From Planctomycetota bacterium (GTDB taxonomy: Bacteria > Planctomycetota > GCA-002687715 > CAIWVZ01), in contig JBGANV010000001.1 of NCBI GenBank assembly GCA_044222185.1, positions 1,952,001-2,016,000 on the forward strand: a DNA stretch of 64,000 bases, written 5' to 3'. The translations under genes were made by a program, and so were the position numbers. Position 1 is the first letter of the stretch; the number at the start of each line of letters is the position of its first letter. Below are positions 49,018 to 56,848 of the stretch, piece after piece. Under the pieces are notes generated by a model. The model saw only the letters and a list, made by a program, of their open reading frames with translations, was not told the DNA's origin and did no database searches.

Positions 49018-49704
49018 TCACTCGAGGCAATCGAGGAGCCACTTGCATTCAACCTCGACTTCCTCGCCGCGCGCCTGAGGGTGATGGAACGACAGGACTG
49101 AGCGGAGGGCGCGCGTGAACTCCCGCCGGGCGCGCGCGTAGTCGCGATGAACGACAGCCGGATCCCGTCCGAGCCGCGCTGCGATTTCCCGGATCGGCAG
49201 GTCCTCTTGGAAGCGCAATTCCAGAATCTCGATCCGGCGGAGCGCGTCCGGGCCCTCGGCGCGAGCGCGCTCCCTTTGGACAGCCGCGGCCTCCCTCACG
49301 ATGGCCTGCGCCCAGGCACGATCGAACTGGGCGGACAGACTGTTCTCGTCCCGAGGCAGCGCATCGAAGTCGATGCCGACCGCCTCGCCGCGCGCGAGGC
49401 GCTTTGCCTCCCGGCGCTCGAAGCGGAGGGCGACGTTTCGCGCGACGGAAAAGAAGTACGCTCGGAAGCCGCCGCGCCGATCAGGCTCCGCCTTCGCGAG
49501 TACACCGCGCGTGCGAAAGCACTCGAAGAAAACTTCCTGGATTGCGTCCTGAACCAGCTGCGTTCGTGCCGGACGCCGCCAGCGCGATCCGAAGAATGCC
49601 CGCAACACCTGCTCATAACGTCGGCAGAAACGCTCACGGTCGACCGGATCGCCGGCGGCCGCACCGCGAATCAGAGTCCAGCACGTGGTCGACTGCGATT
49701 CCAT
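49018..49704 (-). CDS. ECF-type RNA polymerase sigma factor
   Basis: TTCWTLIR.A, QDAIQEVF, GGFRAYF...ARN, FDRAWA, region-4 LPIREIAARLG; convergent with the kinase. Confidence 0.88.
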   Translation of the reverse strand: MESQSTTCWTLIRGAAAGDPVDRERFCRRYEQVLRAFFGSRWRRPARTQLVQDAIQEVFFECFRTRGVLAKAEPDRRGGFRAYFFSVARNVALRFERREAKRLARGEAVGIDFDALPRDENSLSAQFDRAWAQAIVREAAAVQRERARAEGPDALRRIEILELRFQEDLPIREIAARLGRDPAVVHRDYARARREFTRALRSVLSFHHPQARGEEVEVECKWLLDCLE

Positions 49705-49801
49705 CGCGGCGAAGTTACACCCTCAGGCGACGCTTCGATACACCGATGTTCGGCGAGTGCAGTCGGCTGCGCGACGGCGGGGCGGGCTCGAGGCACGAGG
49801 G

Positions 49802-50050
49802 TCACCCGCCGGCTTCACGGAGGGGTCGAGGAGCGAACGCCAGATTGGAACAGCGCGTACACGACAACCGAGGAGGTCGTAGGTCATGCCACCTCGGAGC
49901 GTCACGACGACGGCCGGGCCACGCGACTTCCAGAAGCCGCGTTCGCAATGGCTTGGCGTTCGCGGTCTCGGGGACCTATGCGGGCACACACATGACGAAG
50001 AGAAGGCGCGCCGCGTGCCGGCTCAACGAAGAAGTCTGCTTCGCCGCCTC
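49802..50050 (-). pseudogene. Frameshifted remnant of a DUF4143 ATPase C-terminus (copy of 51286-51545)
   Basis: GEADFFVEPARGAPSL / RDRERQAI / AVVVTL...TYDLLGCRVRAVPIWRSLLD, in shifting frames, match the 51.3-kb fragment. Confidence 0.75.
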
Positions 50051-50103
50051 AGTGCGACGAGAGCGTCGACAAGTCGTCAACCCTCATGCCGTAGGATGCG
50101 CCC

Positions 50104-51234
50104 ATGTTGCCCGAGCAACTCCACAATCCCGAGGTCGCCGCCCTCGGCCTCGACGTCGAGGCGCTCGTTGGAAAGTCCATCGCGGAGGTGCGGAGGCTCG
50201 TCGATCGGGGCGATCGCGCCCTCGTCCTCGCGAACGAGGACGCGCCACCGGGCGTGCCATCGGAAGTGATGCGGAAAGAGCCCAACGTCCACGACGGCAA
50301 GCCCGCGCTCACGTGGATGTATCAGACGACCGAAGGCGAGTGGCGGGGCTGGAGCAGCTACATCGTCGACGACGACTTCGTGAGACGCAGCGAGACTCTG
50401 CAGCCCGAGATCATCTTCGGTCAGATCTACACCGTCCGAGCGCGGGCGACGCCGGGAATCGGCGTACGTCCGATCGTCCAGGTGGACTTCGACGCGCGGG
50501 GCACCTGCCTTTTCGCGAGCGACGCGGCACCCCAGCTGACGCTCCTCATGATCGGAGCCGAGGGACGACGGAGGTCCGTGCACGCGTCCCCAGCGCAGAC
50601 GTCCAGAGTCAGAACGACTTCGGACCCGCACCTCGACGCGCTCGTCGAGCCGTTCAACCTCACTCGGCCGGTCGAAGCCATCGTCCTGCGGGATTGGCAA
50701 CCGGGTGGGGCGCCCACTTCCGGCTTCCTCTGGGGCTACGAGTGCGAGCTGCGAAGCCTCATTCTGTGGAATGCCCAGATGGACCAGCGCCTCGTGATCG
50801 GCCGGAACGACGCCGGCTCCTGGTGGCTGGTTGCCGTCGAAAGCGGGACGACGTGCCCGGCAATCAATCTCGACCAGCGCGGCCTGCGTGTTTCGTTCAG
50901 GAGCGCGACCGGCGATGTGGGCCCGGCCTTCGACGTCTACGCCGGCGCCCTCGGTGTTCACCTCTTGGACCTCGATGGCGACGGGTTCGCTGCGAGCGTG
51001 ATCATCGCGCAGCGGAGTTCACCGACATCGACGGCCGGCGTCGAGTCCGTGATCCAGATCCTCGGCCACCACTCCAGCACGCCGGCGGCGACGACGGCAG
51101 TCATCGCCCGCTTCCTCGACGCGGATCAGCGTCTGGAAGTGTCGTCCGCGAGCAGAACGATGACACTCGACGTCGTCACCGTGAAGCGCGTCCCGGCGAC
51201 GCAGTCCATCCTGGTCGTCGCGCGTCCCACGTAG
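50104..51234 (+). CDS. Hypothetical protein (376 aa)
   Basis: Long ORF with plausible codon usage; TAGGAT 6 nt upstream of ATG; no motif recognised. Confidence 0.6.
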   Translation: MLPEQLHNPEVAALGLDVEALVGKSIAEVRRLVDRGDRALVLANEDAPPGVPSEVMRKEPNVHDGKPALTWMYQTTEGEWRGWSSYIVDDDFVRRSETLQPEIIFGQIYTVRARATPGIGVRPIVQVDFDARGTCLFASDAAPQLTLLMIGAEGRRRSVHASPAQTSRVRTTSDPHLDALVEPFNLTRPVEAIVLRDWQPGGAPTSGFLWGYECELRSLILWNAQMDQRLVIGRNDAGSWWLVAVESGTTCPAINLDQRGLRVSFRSATGDVGPAFDVYAGALGVHLLDLDGDGFAASVIIAQRSSPTSTAGVESVIQILGHHSSTPAATTAVIARFLDADQRLEVSSASRTMTLDVVTVKRVPATQSILVVARPT

Positions 51235-51285
51235 GGAAACGATCTGCGGCTTCGGCGTCGGTCGTTCCCATGCGCAGAGCGCACC

Positions 51286-51609
51286 TCACCCACCGGCTTC
51301 GATCGAGCGGTCGAGGAGCCACCTCCAGATCGGGACGGCGCGAACACGGCAGCCCGGGAGCTCGTAGGTCGCGTCGTCCTGGAGCGTCACGATGACGGCC
51401 CGTGGCACTCCCGTCTCGGAAACAGCCTCGACGATCGCGCCGAGTTCGCGGTCGCGCGTCTTTGGCGCGGTCATGTCCGGGCAGGCCTGGCAGAGGGACG
51501 GCTCACCTCGTTCCGGCTCCACGAAGTAGTCCACCTCGGCACCCGACTCCACGATCAGGTACTCGACGGAATGGCGACGGCGACGCAGCTCCGGATACAC
51601 GGTGTTCGC
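51286..51609 (-). pseudogene. C-terminal fragment of an AAA_14/DUF4143 ATP-binding protein
   Basis: NTVYPELRRR..GAEVDYFV..CQAC..TRDRE..AI..VIVT..VPIWRWLL; no Walker A/B upstream. Confidence 0.78.
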
Positions 51610-52366
51610 CTGCGTGGATCGGGCACGCTCGCTCGTCGGAAACAGCTTTGGGATCTGGCCCCCCGAGTGAGCCGAGGACTCGTTGAAACTGCAAGGAAGC
51701 AACCCTGTCGTCGGGGATCGTCGTCGAGGGCTCGTCGCAACTTCACCGAGGAGGCTGTGACGAGGGTTCTCACGTTCTCCGTGTCGACGCGGCGGCGGCC
51801 GAAGCGGCGTGAGGCTCGGAATCGACCGATCGTTCGAACCGGCGACCAGCGCGTCGAGAAGGGTCGAGAGTGCCGACGAGTCGTCCTCCGTTGAGGTACA
51901 ACTTCGGCTGAAGTCGTACCTGATCCAAGGACACTTCCGGCAACCTGCGATGCGATCGAGATCCGACTGTCGTCGGATCCGCAGGGCTCGCCAGCCAAAC
52001 TGCATCATCGGCCTGTCAGGCCGGGACGAGGCGACGGCCCGCGACCGGTGGCGGCGCGCACGCACGGATCCGCGGACGCAATCCTGGAACTCATCAAGCG
52101 CGTCCTGAACGATTGCGTCGAGCGCGCGGCAGGCACTCGGGCATACGGCCCCGTGGGTCCGATCGACGAGGATCTGGAGTGCGTGAGCCTCGCGATGAAC
52201 TTCCGCGAGACGCGCCATGCCGTCCAATACAGCCGCGAGTACCGCATCCCGGGGTGCCTGCGCGCGCTCGAGGCGCTCATGCGATCACAGCTGCGATCCC
52301 CCGACGGTCAGAGTGTCTGGTGACCGCGCATCGACGCGGCAGGTGCGGGGTGCAGCCCGCCGCGTT

Positions 52367-53023
52367 CTACTGTGCGCGAGGACCGGCCGGCCTCGCGCTG
52401 CGCCTGGACGCATCACGATCCGCGCCGGCCTGGGTGATCCGAGCGAGGGACGGGATCAGCGACCACAGAACCCATGACCCCGACATGCAGACGACTCCAA
52501 CGGCTTGATTGAACGTCCGGAGGTCCGGGTAGGACCATTGTTGCGGATGTGGCCACCCGTCTGGTGCCTTGGCAACGACGAAGAAGTCGGCGAACCAAGC
52601 CGTGAGGTAGATGATCTCCGCGGTCGCGTAGCCGATCCACGGGACGAACAGGCCGATCGCCAGACTGACGAAAACGCCAGCCTTGGCTTGCCGGGACCAG
52701 CGCCGACGAAGTGCGAGATCCCGCACGACGACGACCGCGGGAGGGATCATCGCCGCCACGAGCGCCGTCACGACGAGGATGGATTCGGTGAGCAGGCCCT
52801 CACGCCCCACGCCGGGGTCCGCGGGGTCGACCCGTCCCCCGCCGAGTTCACGCCGCCCGATGACGACGTGCAGGACCACAGCCGCGACGCCCACGATCCC
52901 ACCAACGATGGCGCACCCGAGGATGAGCCCGGCGCGCACCGCGAGGCGCGCGGCCGTCGACGGAGGCGCTGCGCGATGGTGGAACTGCCGCGGATCGGCC
53001 ACACTGACATCGGAGTCGATCAT
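52367..53023 (-). CDS. Membrane protein, paralog of 54403-55038
   Basis: About 4 TMs; shared RD..LRRR, IY..AW.ADF.V.A..P.G, WSYP.L..FN, WS..P..ARIT.A. Confidence 0.75.
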   Translation of the reverse strand: MIDSDVSVADPRQFHHRAAPPSTAARLAVRAGLILGCAIVGGIVGVAAVVLHVVIGRRELGGGRVDPADPGVGREGLLTESILVVTALVAAMIPPAVVVVRDLALRRRWSRQAKAGVFVSLAIGLFVPWIGYATAEIIYLTAWFADFFVVAKAPDGWPHPQQWSYPDLRTFNQAVGVVCMSGSWVLWSLIPSLARITQAGADRDASRRSARPAGPRAQ

Positions 53024-53050
53024 CGCGCTTTCTCGACCACGAACAGACGG

Positions 53051-54235
53051 TCAGCCCTTGTCGCGGACTCGCGTCTTGCGACGGCCGTGCAGGCAGACTC
53101 CACGATCGATCAACGCCTCCGTCACCGGCACGGCCGTCACGCGTTCGTCGAGGGGAAAGATCACGTCACCCGGATAGACCACGGCGATGTGCTCGAGCCC
53201 CAGGTCGGCCATCGCAACGCGCATCGACGGGGTCACCTTCGGCGCGTCTGCGCGCTTGATCTCGACCCCGTAGCGCTTGCCATCGACGAAGAGCAGAAGA
53301 TCGATCTCCGCACCCGCATGCGTCGCCCAGAAGTACGCGCTATCTGGCTTCACGGACTGCAGGATCTCTTCGATCACGTAGCCCTCCCAGGATGCGCCCG
53401 CCTTGGGGTGAGAGAGAAGGTCGGCATGAGTGCCGATCCCGAGCAGCGTGTGCATCAGCCCGACGTCGCGAATGTAGATCTTGGGCGCCTTGACCTGCCT
53501 CTTCGCAACGTTCTCGTGCCAAGGCTGGAGTTGCCGAACCATGAACGTGTCAGTGAGCAGATCGAGGTACCGGCGAACCGTGGGTTCGGAGACCCCCATC
53601 GATCGCGCGAGGTCGGCCGCGTTCCAGACCTGCCCGTGAAAGTGCGCAAGCATCGTCCAGAACCGCCTCAACGCATGGCTGGGAACCTGAACGCCGAGCT
53701 GCGGCAGATCCTGCTCGAGGAACGCGCGGATGAACCCGGATCTCCACGCCAGGCTGTCCTCGTCCGATCGCGCGAGGAATGACCGCGGGAATCCACCACG
53801 GCACCAGTGCCGGTCGAGGTTCGCGACGCCGACCTCGGCAAGCCCGAACCCCGCAACGTCGATGATCTCGACTCGGCCGGCGAGGGATTCGGAGGCGCCG
53901 CGAGCCAACGAGGGCGACGCCGATCCGAGGATGAGGAATCGAGCGGGCGTCCGTGGGCGATCTGCGAGCACGCGGAGCAGCGGAACCAGCTCTGGCTTCC
54001 GTTGGATCTCATCGATAACGACGATCTTCCTCAATGGCTCGAGTGCGGACTTTGGTTGATCGAGTCGACCGATGGCGACCGGGTCTTCCAAGTCGAAGTA
54101 GTTGGAAGTCGTCGAGCTCACGAACTCGCGTGCGAGCGTCGTCTTTCCGGACTGGCGAGGGCCGATGAGGGCCACGATCCGGCTGCGGCGCAGCGCCTTC
54201 TTGATCCGCGTCATCAATTGAGGGCGGTCGATCAC
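53051..54235 (-). CDS. AAA_14 ATPase + winged helix + DUF4143 (PD-(D/E)xK-like) protein
   Basis: GPRQSGKTT, VVIDEIQ, ILGSAS, ESLAGR, RGGFP, SEPTVRRYLDLL, PKIYIRDVG, WEGYV, EIDLL..GVEIK. Confidence 0.92.
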   Translation of the reverse strand: MIDRPQLMTRIKKALRRSRIVALIGPRQSGKTTLAREFVSSTTSNYFDLEDPVAIGRLDQPKSALEPLRKIVVIDEIQRKPELVPLLRVLADRPRTPARFLILGSASPSLARGASESLAGRVEIIDVAGFGLAEVGVANLDRHWCRGGFPRSFLARSDEDSLAWRSGFIRAFLEQDLPQLGVQVPSHALRRFWTMLAHFHGQVWNAADLARSMGVSEPTVRRYLDLLTDTFMVRQLQPWHENVAKRQVKAPKIYIRDVGLMHTLLGIGTHADLLSHPKAGASWEGYVIEEILQSVKPDSAYFWATHAGAEIDLLLFVDGKRYGVEIKRADAPKVTPSMRVAMADLGLEHIAVVYPGDVIFPLDERVTAVPVTEALIDRGVCLHGRRKTRVRDKG

Positions 54236-54247
54236 GGGCCGGGTCTT

Positions 54248-54286
54248 ACCTTGAAAATCGAACGGCCACCGTTCGATTTTCAAGGT
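54248..54286. repeat. Perfect 18-bp inverted repeat upstream of the AAA_14-DUF4143 gene
   Basis: ACCTTGAAAATCGAACGG-cca-CCGTTCGATTTTCAAGGT. Confidence 0.9.
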
Positions 54287-54402
54287 CCATCGGATCCAGG
54301 CCGGGTGGCGCCGCCCGCGCGCCGGGCGCAAGTCCAACCCCTACGCGTCTCCGTCTTCGGAACGCTCGTTACGAGAGGTGTTTCTGCCACGTTCCATCCA
54401 AC

Positions 54403-55038
54403 TCAGGAATGGGTGTGCCTCGCGTCATGCCGCGCGGCGGCAGGGTCCACCATGGCTCGAGTGATCCGCGCGATGGTCGGACTGAAGGACCATGCCGACC
54501 ACGAGAGAATTCCCGCAGCGATCCCGGCCATGCGGTTGAACCAACTCAGGCTCGGGTAGGACCATCTCGGGAGATCGGTTCGCCCGTTCGGCCCCGTCGC
54601 GGTGACGCAGAAGTCGGCAACCCACGCGAGGTCGTAGATCACGGCTGCGATTGCGCACCCGGCACACGCGGCAAAAACACCGCTCGCGAGGATCGTCGCG
54701 ACTCTCCGTCTCGTGATTTCGGCCCCACGGCGACGGAGCACGGCGTCGCGCAGCGTGCCCATCGCTGGCGCCACGGATGCGGCGGCGATTGCCGTGACGA
54801 AGATGATGGAGTCATCGAGGACGCCATCCTTCCCTTCGGTCCAGGGCCCCCAGTGCCTCACGAGGGTTCCGTGGAGCGCCTTCGATCAAAAGGCCGCATG
54901 CAACGACCAGGCGGTGAAACCGACGATCACTCCGATCCCGATGCAGAGGAGGACGAACGTGAACCGGTCGGCCGCGGCGAAGACCCGGCCCCGTCGCGCC
55001 ACCTCATCGCGTCCCAGATCCTCATCGGCTCCGCCCAT
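54403..55038 (-). pseudogene. Membrane protein paralog with in-frame TGA at 54886-54888
   Basis: ATG 55038 ..IVGFTAWSLHAAF*SKALHG.. aligns on both sides of the stop with the 52367-53023 protein. Confidence 0.72.
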
Positions 55039-55105
55039 CGCGCGGAGCCCACCACGACGGGATCGCAGCGTGCGCGGGTGGCCGGGTCCGCCTCGGCGCC
55101 GCCCG

Positions 55106-56689
55106 TCAATCCAGCGTGTACGTCGTCTCCGACTTGGTCGCGCCGGCGAGCATGCGCGTGCGCTCCCAGCGCACGAAGTCCGAGTGGACGGCCATCACGT
55201 GGCTATAGCGGATCGAGTAGTGCGGCAGGCCCTTGGCGAGCAGTTCCTCGGAGAGCTCACGATCGCGCTCGTGGAGCGAGCCCTTCTCGCGGTTCCACGT
55301 CTCGCGGTCCCACGATTCGACCTCGCGCACGAGCTTCTGGTAGATGGGCGCCGTGGGCCAGTCGGACTCGGCATTCACCCACCAGTGGAACACCCGTCCC
55401 ATCTTCTCGAAGAGGAGATCGAGCTCGGGGCCGAACTTGAGGCATGTGCCATCGAAGTAGTTCCCGAGCTGGTTCATCTTCTCGAAGTCGATGACGTTCA
55501 TTTCCTGGGCGATGCGGTAACCCGCCGTGCCCGGGAACGGGAAGAAGAGCGCCCAGCGGAAGCGGCCCATCTTGATGCGGGCGATGAGCCGGGCCGTCTC
55601 CATCACGTCTTCGACGGTCTCGGTCGGCAGGCCGAACATCACGAACGCGGAGGTGTGCAGGTCGAATGCGTGCGCCGCAGCGAACGCCCGCTCGATGGCG
55701 CCGTTGCTCATGAAGCGCCACAGGATGTTGCGCCGGATGCGATCGCTGCCCGATTCGAGGCCGTACTTGCAGATCATGCAGCCCGATTCCTTGAGCTGCC
55801 GCGCGGTCTCCTCGGAGAACTGCTGGACGTGGGCGTTCACGACGTAGGGCAGGTTGATCCCCGCGGCCTTGTACGCCTCGGTGAATTTCGCCACGTACTC
55901 GCGACTCAGCGTGAAGAGATCGTCGTCGAAGATCAGCGTGGTGATGTGCGGGTGCTTCGCCTTGAGCTCTTGGATCTCACGGATGACCCGCTCGATGGGG
56001 AAATGGCGGAGGTATTCCTTGGCCTTCGACGCCGCGCCGTCCTCGATGTAGCGGTCGACGATCTCCTTGTTGAAGCAGTAGGTGCACTTGTAGGGGCACC
56101 CGCGGCTGGTCAGGAGACCGAACCAGCCCTTCTTCACCTTCGTGATGTAGTCGATCTCGAAGAGCTCGAAGTCCTGCTCGGGCAGCGTGTCGAGGTCGGG
56201 GAACGGAGCGACGGGGTTGGAGATGGCCGTGCCCGTCTTCGAGAACCGCGCCGGGATCCGCATGTTCGCGGCCGTCGACGTGTCCTCACCGCGTTCGATG
56301 CGATCGACGAGGTCGCGGAAGGCGTACTCGCCCTCCCCCACGCAAACGTAGTCGAAGTGCGCCTCGTTCGTGACGTCTTCCGGCACCATCGTGCAATGAA
56401 CGCCCCCGATGACGAGCGGGATCTCGGGGAAGCGCGCCTTGATGGCGTCGGCCTTCTCGCAGGACCAGGCGTACTGCTGGCTCATCACCGAGAAGCCGAT
56501 GACGCCTGGCCGGTACTCCTCGACCACGCGGAGGATCTCGTCCGTGGTCGGAATGGGCCAGAGAGCCTCGCACACGTGCACGAGCTTCGTCTCGTGCCCG
56601 TGCGTCTTGAGCACGCCAGACAGCGCCGTGATGCCGTGGTTGATCCCCGGCGGGCAGTCGATGCTCGGATAGATGAAAAGGACTCTCAT
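55106..56689 (-). CDS. Cobalamin-binding-domain radical SAM protein
   Basis: IGFSVMS..VIGGVH..VCVGEGE, TSRGCPYKCTYC, FDDDLF, GLESGS, MFGLPTET. Confidence 0.92.
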   Translation of the reverse strand: MRVLFIYPSIDCPPGINHGITALSGVLKTHGHETKLVHVCEALWPIPTTDEILRVVEEYRPGVIGFSVMSQQYAWSCEKADAIKARFPEIPLVIGGVHCTMVPEDVTNEAHFDYVCVGEGEYAFRDLVDRIERGEDTSTAANMRIPARFSKTGTAISNPVAPFPDLDTLPEQDFELFEIDYITKVKKGWFGLLTSRGCPYKCTYCFNKEIVDRYIEDGAASKAKEYLRHFPIERVIREIQELKAKHPHITTLIFDDDLFTLSREYVAKFTEAYKAAGINLPYVVNAHVQQFSEETARQLKESGCMICKYGLESGSDRIRRNILWRFMSNGAIERAFAAAHAFDLHTSAFVMFGLPTETVEDVMETARLIARIKMGRFRWALFFPFPGTAGYRIAQEMNVIDFEKMNQLGNYFDGTCLKFGPELDLLFEKMGRVFHWWVNAESDWPTAPIYQKLVREVESWDRETWNREKGSLHERDRELSEELLAKGLPHYSIRYSHVMAVHSDFVRWERTRMLAGATKSETTYTLD

Positions 56690-56848
56690 GAGGTCTCCAC
56701 CATGGAGGAACCGCTGCAAGGCCGGCGAACGAGGGCACAAGGTAGCTTCAACCCCAGTGGGCGTAAAGCGTTGAGCGTATCCGCGACCGGATCTCGTCCA
56801 ACGTCCACGAGTTGGGGCGCCGTCGAGCCTCCGCGTAGAGTGCCCGCC

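Noticed and set aside
54886-54888. Selenocysteine recoding of the in-frame TGA
   Set aside because: It aligns to Gly, not Cys, in the paralog; the downstream hairpin is weak; there is no redox motif.
49700-55100. Integron cassette array or IS/prophage as the cause of the mosaic region
   Set aside because: No attC-like repeats, integrase, transposase, terminal repeats with target duplication or phage genes recognised.
56690-56848. Cobalamin riboswitch upstream of the B12 radical SAM gene
   Set aside because: Conserved riboswitch core elements not found; the region fits divergent promoters.
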